Part shown: piece after piece, positions 37,706 through 50,860 of the stretch
How the letters are laid out: every line of letters starts with the position of its first letter
How positions within the stretch are numbered: position 1 is the stretch's first letter
Assembly: GCF_036321535.1 (NCBI RefSeq)
Contig: NC_087437.1
Coordinates: 33,792,001-33,856,000 of the forward strand
Reading direction: 5' to 3'
Source of the DNA: Camelus dromedarius
Taxonomy: Eukaryota
Length of the DNA: 64,000 bases
Notes under the pieces: model-generated
The model's input: the letters and a program-made list of their open reading frames with translations, nothing else
Database searches by the model: none
What the model was told of the DNA's origin: nothing
Program-made: the position numbers and the translations under genes

Positions 37706-40543
37706 TTAATCAATTGGAGAAGACAACTTGATTACGTCAGGATGGGTGCCGAAGTGGAATCACAGAGGGGCATGTGGCTCAACTTCAGAGTTGAGGGACA
37801 ACACACCAAAGGAGGTGACAAGAAAGACACCTCCACGAGGAAGCGCCCTTCGTAGACTTGCAGGCTGCCCTCTTCACCCGGTACCTCCCCAGGCCCAGCC
37901 TGTCCAGGGGACTCATCAGGTTTAGGCCCTTACTCCCTAGAGGTCCACTGCTCCAGCCCAGAAAATCCCAGACCCTGGGTAAGAGTAGGGATTTGGAAGG
38001 AAGCCACCTCCATCACCAGTTAGCCATGTGAGCCTGGAAAAGCAGCTTAACCTCTCTGGGTCTCCAGAACCTCATCCATGATGCTCCTTCCTGTGACAAT
38101 GGAGCGATGAGAAGTCTCTGAGGGGCCTCCCTCTGCAGACCAGGCGACTCAGTGCAAAGCAGGTACTGGGGGCTCTCCTGGACAGATGGACCCTCACTCT
38201 TTCCCCTACCTCCCTGTCTGGATGAAGAGATCTGAAGGAGAAGAATTGAACCACGTTTGGAGATGCTCTACCCTTCTCAGCAAGAGACAGAACTGAGAAA
38301 GCAGGAGGATGTATTGTGGAAGTATTTGCATGGGTAGTATTCCTGGGCATCTGTTTCCAGGATGTTTCCCTCTGAAGTAATGGATGGCAAGAGCCAGAGG
38401 GCTACAGCCCGGGCTCCTGGCTCCACGTGGCAGATTTGATTCTCTCCTGATTGCCTCTGTGGCTGTCTCTCCCCTTGGCCTTGGGTGTCCCTTACTTGCA
38501 CAGCATAGAAAATTCCAAGATGATTCACAGATTCACTCTGTAGTTGCTCAAGGAATGCCCTCTACTGACCTCTGGCTGTTCCCTACGTGAAGAAAGGAAC
38601 ACTGACACATTTCCAGAAGCCAGTAGAAGCCCAGGATGCAGCTGCTGCAATCTCTTTGTTAGAGGATGGGTTAGATTAATTCATGGACTTCCTGTGTTTA
38701 CAGGGCTGAAGAAACTGCAACTTTGTAAAAAAAAAAAAAAAGGAAAGTTTCCAAACAAGAGCTGGTGGCAAGCTTTGATGGTTGCAAAGTAAATTAAGAA
38801 GAGAAAATCACCAAGTAATTTTTCCCTGGTGTGTTTGCTTTGTCTTTGAACATTTTTTTTCTCATGTTATGTCAATGGGTTAATTGCCTTCTGACACTGA
38901 GTGACAATAAGACGTGTTCGCCTGCTAGGATAAAGCAAAGTTAATTGAAGGAAGTTAGTAATGAAAATATTGGCTTCAGTCCATTCTAGGTAGAATATGA
39001 CACTTGAAATTATAGCCAAAATGACTCCTACACTCACACATAATGTTTCTAAGAGCTTGACTTCCAAGAAACCAGCCATCAGTCACCTACAGTTCTGTGC
39101 CTATCACAAATGAACGACTTGGGAATCTATGAACCGTGAATCCTGAGCATCACTGGAGTACAGAAAACTGTGGTGCTCGTCTCTAGAAAATTCATTAGCA
39201 ATGTCTTCAGCATAGAGGGAAGCCAATTGTTTCTATATTTAAACATAATTTTATTTCTGAATATAAACTCAGATGGCTGAGTGCATTCATTTCTGAAATA
39301 TGTTTAACCCAAATACACAAATTGTTCAGTCTGCTCAGTCCTTCAGTGATAGAAACAGTGCCTGATAAGGCACAAAGCCTGGTTGTTCACTTAATTGGCT
39401 GTTGTGTTGTTGGATCTTAGAGATTAAAGATGGGGAGGATGTCAGGTTTCCAACCCTGTGTCTACTAAAGAGCGTCAGAGCCTAATTCTCTTGAAATACC
39501 AAAAACCTCCCAATTTCTGAAGGGCTCTTTGGCCAACATCTGTCATAAATCAAGAGAAAGTACTACCATTACCCAGTCAGTGACAAAGTAAATGAAATTT
39601 AATTACTCACTGGCTGGGGCATCATCTGCTGGTGGTGAGAATTGCCTGGATGCAAAAGCATCTGTAAATGCTGGTTCAGGGAGAGCATTCCCTGCACTGC
39701 TAACCCAGTGCGGCTCTGCTGGCAGACATGGAGCACGTCGTGGGCTACTGACCTCCTGTCCTCCAACTGTTCTCAAAACAGAGGGACAGGTGTCCATGGC
39801 TCTCTCACTGAGACATTCGGGGTAGAGGAGATCTACATTAACTGTCTAAGAGGAGTGTTCTTTCATTATTCGGTGTGTATTATTCCTTCCTTGATGGCAA
39901 AGCCAACTATAGATGGAGCAGAGAGCCTAGGTCTTACTCCTGAAAGTCACTACTGTATGAAGAAAGAATTCCAGATAAACTGCTCGGGTCCTAACCTGAA
40001 AAGGAACATCAGTGGGTATCTTTGTAGTCAGGTCAGTATCTACCATGAAAATGCCTGACATTCAGTTGTCCTTGGGACAAACCAAACACAACTTCCTGGC
40101 AGAGTAGAAACCAGCCCTAGGGTCGTTTTGAATTTTCCTTGAATTCAAGAACCCGAGTTGATATCTTGATAAGTCACCTCCTAACTTACTTTGACTTCCT
40201 CCCACCATCAATTCTTTCCTCCTCTACAAAATGGGGAAACAATATCAGCCCAGTGCACACCATATGGATTTACTGTGGAAATCAAATGGCATGAGATATA
40301 GTTGCAAACTGAAAAACGTGTAAAATACAAACTATCTATATTATGCAGACCTTATGTAAAATCTTAAAAAAAAAAAAATCAGTCCCAAGACAAAAAATAG
40401 GGATTGAGTTGGGAGAATCTCTATCCTGCTTTAAGAAAATTTCTGATTACTTAACCATTTCCAGCCCCTCCCAATAATAATAACCCCCACAACCTAGCAC
40501 AGAGTTGAAAGAGAAAAATTCACTTAAAAGGTAAATATAACTG

Positions 40544-40725
40544 AAGGAGGAGGGTATAGCTCAGTGGTAGAGTGCATGCCTAGCATGCGCAAGGTCTTGG
40601 GTTCAATCCCCAGTGCCTCCATCGAGAATAAATAAATAAGGAAACCGAATTACCTCCCCCCAGAAAATAAATAAATAAATAGAAATAAACATAAACAACA
40701 ACAACAACAACAAAAATAAATAAAT
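40544..40725 (+). mobile_element. tRNA-Ala-derived camelid SINE (Vic-1 type)
   Basis: A box TAGCTCAGTGG (40557-40567), B box GGTTCAATCC (40600-40609) and an (AAAT)n/(CAA)n tail. A perfect 18-bp TSD aaaaggtaaatataactg lies at 40526-40543 and 40726-40743, at a TT/AAAA site. Confidence 0.93.
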
Positions 40726-41039
40726 AAAAGGTAAATATAACTGTAACTCATTTCTTGGCAATTTTCCTGATACGGCTAAGTGAAATGCAATAATAAACTA
40801 ACATCTTTGTCTTTTCTCTGCCTGTGCTTTTCCCTGTCCCCACGATCCTCATGAAGTACTAGGCAGCCTTAGAAGTCCTTAGTGGAGGTTGTAGCATCTT
40901 CTTTTGAGTAGATAGAGTCTGGGGACCCAAGAAAATCATTAGGTGAACTGGGCTCCCATCTGCTTCTACCTGCCGTCCCCTGTTGCCAAAGACTTAGCCC
41001 CAAGCGGGTGACAGCATGATGCGGGTACCAACAGTGAGG

Positions 41040-41210
41040 TGGCTCATTTAAGCAGCATCACTAAATGCCTCCTCTGTGCCAGGCACTGTCCCAGGGGCTG
41101 AGAATACCAAGATAAGTGAAGGCAGATGGCAGTGCCCTGTCCAGGAAGCTCACCCACAGCCTAGTGGGGAAGTTATTCAAGTAAACCAGAAATTGAGGTG
41201 ACGGGTAAAA
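41040..41210 (-). mobile_element. L2 fragment
   Basis: ctctgtgccaggcactgtcccaggggctgagaatacca...gaagctcacccacagcctagtgggga. Confidence 0.8.
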
Positions 41211-41929
41211 ACAGGCATATGGATTAGATCTACATTTGAAGTTGTTTCAGCACCTAAACATAATTTAAAGGAAAATTTAAGACCTTGTCAGCACATTTAA
41301 CTTCCATGTTATTGACAATCCAGATGTTTCTCATCATCAGAATGTTTGGCCAGACCCAGAGTTTTTACATTAAAATGTTCCATGAGGTTATTTGAAGATG
41401 GTACTGACACAATGCAAAGTTAATTTCCCATAGATGTTGAATGATAACCTCAAGTGATTAGAATGATCAGATTGTGAAATAAGAATAAGCTACTACCTGA
41501 CCCAACACATTTCTAATGACATTTGGTGACAGAGCCACTGATTTAATTAAAAACAGTTTTTCCTTCTATCAGAGAAAACAATCTAGGGGCAAATGGTGAA
41601 CAATGCATGCACCCAACAGGGAGGCCCAGGATGGTGGAGTCAAAGTTTAGATGAGGCTAAAACCTTTAGTTCCACAGTCAGAAACGAGATTTAAAAGGGT
41701 GAAAAATAAAGGAAGGGTAGGCTGGGAAACAATGAGCACATACCTTGGGGACACATCGTTCTGACAAGGACTTTAAATCAGATATGTTACTAATCAGCCA
41801 AATTCAATTTGACAGTGACTCATGCACAGGCATTAAAATGCTGGCAAAAATGAATTAAAATCCCAGTAATTCGTTGATGGCTTTGAACTGGTTTTGAACT
41901 CTTGAATGAACTCACAACTGGAAAGTAAT

Positions 41930-42095
41930 TGAGGCTTAGATCATAGGCTTTCAAAATTGGAAGAAAATTTAGAGACCTTTCTGACCAACCCCATCATCAT
42001 TTAAGGTAAGGCAACTGAGTGTCTGAGGGGTTAAGGGACTTAGTCAAGTTCACCAGATAGTTAATGACAGTGTCAAGTCTAGAAGGTAGAGTCTA
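41930..42095 (-). mobile_element. MIR SINE
   Basis: aaccccatcatcatttaaggtaaggcaactgag...gaggggttaagggacttagtcaagttcac. Confidence 0.75.
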
Positions 42096-42554
42096 CACTT
42101 GAGGGTAAGAATAAAAGCCTGACAAGTCAGGATAGGAAATGACAGACGACTCAATAGTGTAATCATATGGGTAGAAAAAAATAGCTATGTTAAAGTTTGA
42201 GGAAGTGGAGTTAATCAAACTGATGGATTAAAGTTAAGGCTTATTTTAATAATTAATAAGAATCCCTTAATTGATGACAACCATTCTTGTCGGCCCTGAT
42301 CATATAAAGAAATCATATTCAGGCATGTGGGTAGCCGCAGGATCCCAGCGGGGACACCTAGAGCATCCTGCTCCCTAAGGCAGTGGAGACTCACGCTCCA
42401 GAAGATAACAGAGGTGATGCTGCCCCATGTCCCTCCCCCAGGCTTGTGGGAAAGGCAGATGCAAGCCCTAGCATACAGAGCTCTTCTCTAGGCACCCCAA
42501 ATCCCAGTCCCAGCCTTTCACAAGAAAACTGAGCTACGATGCAGCCACCTCTAT

Positions 42555-44075
42555 ACCGGGAATTAATTCCTCCTAGTGTGTTTTTCATTTCAGTTATTCT
42601 TATGATTGGTTCCTTTATGTTTTCTAGTACCTTGTTAAAATTCTCACTGGGTTCATCTATTCTTTTTTTTTTTAAACATGTTTTTATTGAGTTACAGTCA
42701 GTTTACAATGTGCCAAATTCCAGTGTAGAGCACAATTTTTCAGTTATACATGAATATACATATATTCATTGTCACATTTTTTTCTGGGTTCATCTATTCT
42801 TTTCTTGAATTCAGTTGGCATTGTTATTACTAATGCTTTGAACTCTTTCATCTGGTAGATTATTTCTGTTTCATTAGCTGTTTTTTCAGGGGTTTTTCTC
42901 TTGTTCTTTCAGTTGAAACAAATTCCTCTGTCTTCTCATTTTGCTTAACTTTCTCTGTCTCTATGAGATTAGGTGCAACAGTTACCTATTGAAGGAGTGT
43001 CCTTGTGCAGCAGTGGGCCTGTACAGCTTATGGGTGCCCAGTGGCTTTGCTGGGAGAGCTGGATCTGGCATGAGCACAAGTCATGTCTTCCCCCAAAGTG
43101 TGCTGACAGCTATCACCTCGGTAGAAGGTGAGGCTGAAAATGGAGGGGCTAGAGCTGGGCTTCTCCTTTGCTCAGCAGCCAGTATCACCCTACTGGGGGC
43201 AGGGTCGGTTCCCACGTTGCTTGAACTGAAGCCCTGAGGGTTGGGTCTGAGCTAGTTCATTCCCTGTAAGTGTGTGCTTTCCCTGCCCCTGCACCTTCAC
43301 CCAAGAAGGAAGCAGTGCTGGAGCAAAAGGAGGTGGAGTGGGTGCTCGGCATAGGTCAGGGCATGGGCTGTGATGGTCCCAGCCCCAGTCAGAGTTCTGA
43401 AGCGCATTGGGAGTGGTTCCATGAGCACCATTAATGGCTGCTCCTGCCATATTCAGATGCTGTTTCATGTCTGAGCCAACTCCATCCCTCACAACTGAGC
43501 ACTCCCATCGGCCATGACAGCCTTCACCCTAGAATGGAGCTGCATCACAAAGCAAGCAGGGCTGGAGCGGGAACTTGGTTCAAACTGGAGCAGGTGCCAT
43601 GGCAGTGGTGGGAAACTGACCAGAATCCCATGCAGCTTCAGTGTTTCCTCCCCCTTCTTTTGGGAATAAGCCAGCATGTGTGCACTCTTCACGAGCAGAG
43701 CCTAGGTTTATTATAGCCCTCCTGTTAGTCCCACTGGTTTTCAAGCCATCTAAGGGGACTCATCCTGCCGGAGTTGGACCCCAGGGCTGGGGTGCCCAAT
43801 ATGTGGCTCTAACCACTAACTCCCAGGGAAGATCTCCACCAGTGTAATCCCCCTCCTCTCCTGTGTCCCCTCCCAGGGGCACACGTCCCATCCTGATCGC
43901 GTGTCTTCCCTCCTACCCAATTCTGTGGGATCTTTCTTACAACCTTGCTTGTACAGGAGTCCTTCTGCCAATTTCCAGTTAGTTACTAGTGAGAATTATT
44001 CCACATGTAGATGAATTTTTTATGTCTTCTTGGCTGGGAAGTGAGCTCCATGTCCCCCTACTCTGCCATCTTGAT
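42555..44075 (-). mobile_element. L1 5' UTR and start of ORF1 (3'-truncated)
   Basis: The minus strand starts caagatggcagagtagggggacatggagctcac; the ORF1-like piece MKNTLGGINSR lies at 42555-42588. Confidence 0.85.
42667..42783 (-). mobile_element. Very short young L1 3' tail insertion
   Basis: Closely matches 8590-8713; perfect 20-bp TSD ctgggttcatctattctttt at 42647-42666 and 42784-42803. Confidence 0.95.
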
Positions 44076-46049
44076 GTTCTCCTCCTCCATATATTTTGGC
44101 CCCAATAGTGCACTGAAGAGGATGCTAATCCACTTACCAAAGCCCCTCTGCTTCTGCCTCCGCCTGTACTGCTGGGTCCCACTGTGTCATTCTCTCTACT
44201 CCTCTCTGCCTTTTCTCTTTGACTCCCTGTATGTTTCTGAATCATTCTCCCCCTCTCTCACTATAAAATTCCTTACAATTTTTCTCATGGGTTAGCTAAG
44301 AAGTAAACACAAATTATAAGTAATTTATATACTATGAATTAGTCCTGGTAGGAGTGTTTTTACTATTACTGTTAGAATCAAAACTTTGCAAGTACTGAAA
44401 CTATATTCAATAAAATTTATCAACTGAACATTGGCGAAAAGATAAAATATTTCTGAGAAATTTTGTTATGAAAACACTCACCTGAGAAAACTGCACTTTG
44501 TAGAAATAATGGCTGAAAGAGAAAGACTCATTATGGCCAAAGCTATAATCATTAAAAAAACTAATATATCAATGACAAAAATGAATACTTGATGTAAAAT
44601 TGAAGTGAAAGAATTGATCCTGGTGAAAGTAATTTTAGTAATATAAAAATGAAAGTGGAAAAATATGAAAAACCATTAAATGCACTCTATAGACAATTAA
44701 TCAGGGAATTAAATTGTCCTAATGATTTTCACTCCAGAAAGTACTTTCTTGAACCAAATTATTTAATATTGGTATAATTCTGACTGAAATGTTTATTTTA
44801 AAAATGTCCTTGAGGTCAAAATATTGGGTCAAAACTGCAGACGCTAAAAACCCTCTACCAATGACAAGGGATATCTGAAAGGCTATAAATTATTTCCTTA
44901 GCCAGGAAAATATCTTCTCTGGATTTGAGTTTTTAGCTCTTTTAGATGAAGATGTTGGAATAGATGATTTCCCCTTGTTTCCAAAGTTCTGTATGTAATT
45001 CTACAATTAACCAGATAAGTATTAAATTCTTTAACGTTTTAAAACCTTAATTCTAAGTCAGTATAAATAAAGAGATCATGAAAGTAAGTCAGAAATAAAC
45101 CCAAACAAAAAATTTTTGGACACAAAATATGAAGACCTAGACAATTAATCATACATCACATAGTTAAAATCATAAAAATACTGTCACTTTGATAAATATC
45201 AAAAAATTGATTTACTTTACAAATAGGAAAAAAAATCTCCGTTTTCATTCATTTCTGAAATTCTACAAGAAAAGCATAACAGACACTATTGGAGCTATAT
45301 GATTGGTGGAATTTGTGGTTAAATCTTCAAAATATGGTTTTCCCATATTTTATACTGCTGGCCAGAGAGAGTATTGAAGTTACACTTAATATTGAACTAT
45401 ACACTTTATCCAGAACAAAAGTAAGATAATAAAGCACATTCAGGCAATTAACAAACAAAATTACTGATCAGATCATCAGTGTAAAATTGGGTTAATTAAG
45501 TAGTCAATAGGTTTATGAATTCATTTTGTGTAAACCTTTTTCTTCCTCTAGTTTGGCATGTATATTCAACTTCATTTAAAACTGTAAACGTCCTTGAAGA
45601 TATCCCTACTTGAAAGTATTCACTTTAATTCCCATTTTCTGTTAGGGTGATTGACATGTCCTACAGGTTGAATTTAAGGTACATCTTGACACCCCTTAGC
45701 AGAGTATGAAGGGCACATTCAAAACTTGCTGCTCTGGAACAAACTGGTTAGAATAAGCAACAAGACCCACTCCTGAAGCATCGCCATCCTGGTTTAGATA
45801 ACTACTGGTAACCTTCCCTTCCCAGGCTGGAGAGAGTTCTAAGTCATCAGAAAGAAGTTAAAAAGCAAATGTGGCTATTTTTACTATCTATGTATATAAT
45901 ATATTTGATCGTATGAAACTAAACATGCAAACAAAAACTTGGATTTCATGCAGAATCACTTATAAAAGAAAAAAAGCTCAGAGACCATTGGAGCTGCATT
46001 GCTTTGCAGATTTGAACTATTTCGTCCTGCAGATGATGATGGTAATAAT

Positions 46050-46270
46050 AATTATAATATCAGCTAACAATTACTGAGGCACTCACTATTCTGAGCTTAT
46101 AGGTATTTAATCACTACTGAAACACCATGGGATAGATGCCATTATTATGCCCATTTTATGGGTGAGGAAACTGAGACTCAGAGAGGTCATATAACTTGCC
46201 TAAGGTCACACAGCTAGGAAATATCAGACCTAGGATTTGAAATCAAGTAATGTGGCTCCAAATGCTATAC
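46050..46270 (-). mobile_element. MIR SINE
   Basis: cccattttatgggtgaggaaactgagactcagagaggtcatataacttgcctaaggtcacacagcta. Confidence 0.95.
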
Positions 46271-46909
46271 AGAGCAGCCTCCCCAGCACAGTATGGGTTT
46301 TAGGAGGAAGAAGATTTCTTACAGAAATCTGAATTCCTTTTCTCCAGCACTTGATTGAGAACTTTAGGCAAACATTTTTCTGTTTAACATGGAAGGCAAC
46401 TCCCTTGCAACTACAGATCTTCAAACCATGATTTCTCAGGTTACATTGTAATATGTCTTCCTTCATGGGGTTTTATTTCCTCATCTTAAAGCTTCCCTTT
46501 CCTGTTTGACTGCAATTTAATTGCTGTTTGGAGTTCAGTGTCCCTTAAAAAGTCTAGGTGAATGTTCTTAGCTTGCTTTCTTCATTCCATTTGTGGGTCA
46601 CAACTGCCTTATTTCTTTAAACCTAATACAGGACTGTACTTTCCGTTTGCATCTGGGGAGGATCAGGTGAGAGGAGAGAGGGAATAATAGCAGCATACCC
46701 ACTTCTGTTTCCCTCATCCCCAGCCCCTCCCAGCTCAACCCGTCAGGATTCTACCAAGTCTTTGAAAGCAACCAAGTTCAGAAAGGCTTTTATGGTTTAA
46801 ACCACTGTGTTCAAATGAAAAGATGAGGTGGACACTTAACATTAAAATAAGCTCAGTTATGTTAAGTTGCACTGAAAACCTGCATTTGACCTCTAATATT
46901 AAAATGGAA

Positions 46910-47930
46910 CAGCATTCAATTCACATATTTATTTAACAGAGATTTTAACAGAGATTTAACATTCATTTAACAGAGATTTAAGGAGAGCCTACTCCTTGCC
47001 TGGTAGTGCTGGGGACAGGCGACACAAAGTGAAAAAGGTGTGACAGACTGACCTCAAGGAGTTCAGACAGACAGATGTGAATTTTAAATGAGCAGGTGCC
47101 ATGACCGTTAGTTCAGTGAGAGTGTGAAAGAATAAAGGTCCCTTCCTCTTGTGGATGATCAGGAAAAGTTTTATCACACATGTGATGCTTTGGCTGGATC
47201 TCAAAAGAAGAGAGTTTCCAAAGCAGCTTAAGAATTGAGGGATTTGGGGACAGGGATTCTAGGCAGAAGGTACAGAGGGACAAAAATCACTGGGCCCGTC
47301 TCAGTTTCTCCAAGGAGTTCAGATGGTGTTTGGTGGAGTGGAGAGGAGTGTGCAGGGAGGGAGAGACTGGAGGGTAACCAAGGCCACATCACAGCAGGCC
47401 TTGTAGGTCACAATAACAAGTGTGTGCTTTCCGAGGGCAGAGGAAAGCCATTTAGGTTTTTAAGCAAGAGAGTGCCAATATCAAATCTGAGTTTGTAAGT
47501 CATCACTCTGGCTACAGCAAGGACTGGAGAAGACCGAGAGCAGGGAGGCAGATTAGCAGGTGGTTCCATTAGTCTGACTGAAAGGTGCTGAGGGTTAACT
47601 AAGGCCACCGAGAGAGCTGTAGCTGGCCTACCTGGCTCCTTTATTTGATTTAGAAAAAGCTGCTTCCTCTGGATACCATTAGGACAAAGGACAGCGGAAC
47701 CCCCCCGGCTGGGGTGCAGATGAGCCTCACCATCCTCAGCCAGGCCGCCGGACAGTACACACACTGCTCAGCGCACGCCGCAGCTTTGGCAGTGGTGTCA
47801 GGATGAAAAAGGAGGAGGTGAGCGTGATAGAATTGGTGGAATGTGGGAGGTGAAGAACAGATGAATCTAGGGTGACTCTCAGATTTCTAATGTGGGTGAA
47901 GACGTGAGTGGTGGTAGCATCAACCAAGAA
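46910..47930 (-). mobile_element. L2 fragments
   Basis: cattcaattcacatatttat...gacctcaaggagttcag...caggccttgtaggtcac...catcactctggct...aatctagggtgactctcagatttct; short local repeats of tttaacagaga at 46931-46980. Confidence 0.75.
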
Positions 47931-48592
47931 AGAAAATTAGATTATAAAAATGTAGATTTTTATGTAAAATCTTTGTATAAAAATAGATTTGAAAGAAAAA
48001 AACATCAAAATAAATGTTTTCAGTGTACACATTCTGAAAAATAAAACATAATTGCCTGTTGAGAGGGGCCTCTTGATGGTCAGCAGTGCCTAATTTTACT
48101 AGGACAGCATTTCTTTTGTATCTACAGCTGCACCCACAGCTCCGGAGTCTTTATCTGAGACCTGTATCCACCCCATCAAATCAGGAGTTATTACTCTTTT
48201 CCCCTTTAAGGGGTGGGAATGTAGAAATGCAGAGAAAAAGTCATCTCAGAGGGTTAACTGCACACTTCCCCTTCCTGAGAACTGACCTAGAATACTATGA
48301 GCAGAGTCTGGGGCTCCCAAGCCCTGAGACAAAGTACATTTCTGACACTTTCTTTCATATTCAACTGGGACAGTGGAGGCCTGTTCATCTTCTGAGAGAG
48401 CATAATAACCACAGCAGAAATTACCAAGCAGTTGATCAGCCATGTATGTGCATACTGAGGTCATGGATGGTTCCCCTCAGCAGCTCCAGGACTAGACACA
48501 GTACCATATAGAGGGAATGGTGGCTGAGGAACTACTCATTATGTGTCAATATAGGACTCCAGTAAAAGTAACAATTTCTTCCTTTGGATGGC

Positions 48593-49110
48593 ACATCAGT
48601 CAGGATAGGCAAGGTCATACTACAGTAACAAATAACCCCCCAACCTCAATGGTTTAGAATAACAGAGGCTTGTTTCTTATTCATGCTACATGTTCCAGAT
48701 TAGCTGGAGCTCTGCTCTATATCATTATGGCCTCACTCCTGGACTCAGGCTGATGGAGCAGCCACTCCCTAGAGCTGTGCTGTCCAATATGGTAGTTCTC
48801 AGCCACATGTTAAAATTCAATAAAATTAATTAAAACTTGACTTCTCAGGTGCACTAGCCATATTGCAAGTGCTCAATGCCACATGTGGCCAGTGTCCACT
48901 CTGTTGGCCTGTGTAGCTAGAGAACATTTCCATCATTACAGGAAGTTGTGCTGGGTACACTGAGTTAGAGCATTGGAACTTTGGAGGTTTTAACACCAAC
49001 AAGTAAATGTCATGTGGTACCATCCAACAAATAAGTCCAAAAAGTTCAATTCCTCCAAGAGCCCAGAAAACAGAGAGCCAGACATATTTGGTAAGCAGCA
49101 TTAACAATCA
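48593..49110 (-). mobile_element. Old MaLR LTR (MLT1K/L-like) split by MER3
   Basis: atcagtcaggataggcaaggtcatactacagtaacaaataacccc...ggactcaggctgatggagcagccac...ccagacatatttggtaagcagcattaa. Confidence 0.75.
48772..48963. mobile_element. MER3 hAT-Charlie MITE
   Basis: gtgctgtccaatatggtag...cactagccatattgcaagtgctcaatgccacatgtggccagtg...gaacatttccatcattacaggaagtt. Confidence 0.9.
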
Positions 49111-49259
49111 CTTATTCATGGCTTCAGAAGAGCTCATTTCCCCCCTATTTTTGTTACCAGCCACAATATGAAGAGGGAAAGAAGCAATCATAATTTGGAA
49201 ATGTGAAAAGCAGAACTAGAGGTCACAAGTAAGTTGCAAGTTCATAATTACATTGGAAG

Positions 49260-49450
49260 AATAACAATTATCATGTGATAATTTCCCTGAGCTCTACCTC
49301 TAGGTCATGCACCTTATTTTATCTTCATAATGATCCTATGTAGGCATATTATAATCCCCACATTAAAAATGAGGAAAATGAGGCTCAGAGAGGTTAAGTA
49401 ACTTGGCCACCGAGGTCTACCTGAACTCAAAGCACCAGAAGTTCTTTATA
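49260..49450 (-). mobile_element. MIR SINE
   Basis: aatgaggaaaatgaggctcagagaggttaagtaacttggcc. Confidence 0.85.
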
Positions 49451-49859
49451 TGAAGCTGGAATATACTATTTCCCAGGTCTTTAAATTTTTACCCTTCAGT
49501 TCTATAATATCACTCAAATCCTAACTTCTAATTCTACATAAATGGTTTAGAGAAGCTGGGTAGATGTGTTTGGCTTAGTTACAAATCTATTCAGTTAAAA
49601 GCATTTGTGGGCATGAACTGCGTGAAGACACAAAATGAAATGACTATTTCTTACTTTCAGCTGCGTAGCAAAAGCATATATGCACACACATATATTTATG
49701 AAATTGATCTGTATATAATTAAGCTCCTTGGAAACCTTGAAAATCTAAGTGGCAAATTTGTACAAAGTATTCACTATGATGGTGAGACTATTAAGTATGC
49801 TGCATTATTCCTCTACTTTTGTTTTCTTAAAGTCATCCTTGTGCCAACATTTCATCTTT

Positions 49860-50860
49860 GTTTTTTAATTGAAGTATAGTAGTTTACAATGTTTTGTTAG
49901 TCTCTGGTGTACAGCCTGGTGATTCAGTTTTACAGACACATACATATTCTTTTTCATTATAGGTTATTACAAGATATTGAGTATAGTTCCCTATGCTATA
50001 CAGTAGGACCCTGTTGTTTATCTATTTTATATATAGTAGTTTGTGTCTGCTAATCCCAAACTCCTAATTTATCCTTCCCTCCATCCTTTTCCTCTGGTAA
50101 CCATAAATTTGTTTTTTTATGTCTGTGACTCAGCTTCTGTTTTGTAAACAAGTTCATTTGTTTCATTTTTTTAGATTCCATGTATAAGTGATATCATATG
50201 GTATTTGTATTTCTCTTTCTGGCTTACTTCACTTAGTATGATAATCTCTAGGTCCATCCATGTTGCTGCAAATGGCATTATTTCATTATTTTTAATGGCT
50301 GAGTAGTATTCCATTGTATATATATACCACAACTTCTTTATCCACTTAGGTTGATGGACACTTAGGTTGCTTCTATGTCTTGGCTGTTGTAAATAGTGCT
50401 GCTATGAACATTGAGGTACATGTTTCTTGTCAAATTAGAATTTCCTCCAGATATGTGCCCAGGAGTGGGATTGCTGGATCAGTTTTTTAAGGAATCTCCA
50501 TACTGTTTTCCATAATGGCTGCACCAAACTACATTCTCACCAACAGTGTAGGAGGGTTCTCTTTTCTCCACACCCTCTCTAACATTTATTGTTTGTGGAC
50601 TTTTTAATGATGGCCATTTCTGACCTGTGTGAAGTGATACCTCATTGTAGTTTTGATTTGTATTTCTCTGCCAATTAACAATATTGAGCACCTTTTCATG
50701 TGCCTGTTGGCCATCTGTGTGCCTTCACTGGAGAACTGTCTGTTTAGGTCTTCTGCCCATTATTTGATTGCGTTGTTTGTCTTTTTTTTTGTTATTAAGT
50801 TGTATGAGCTGTTTATATATTCTGGAAATTAAGCCCTTGTCAGTCGCATTGTTTGCAAAT
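49860..50860 (-). mobile_element. 5'-truncated artiodactyl-type L1 (ORF2 C-terminus and 3' UTR)
   Basis: Typical L1 3' end (gatatcatatggtatttg, ccatccatgttgctgcaaatggc, gatacctcattgtagttttgatttg); 12-bp TSD catttcatcttt at 49848-49859 and 50861-50872. Confidence 0.96.

Noticed and set aside
40548..40622. Apparent tRNA-Ala gene
   Set aside because: It continues into a SINE body and A-rich tail within a perfect TSD, so it is a SINE head rather than a tRNA gene.
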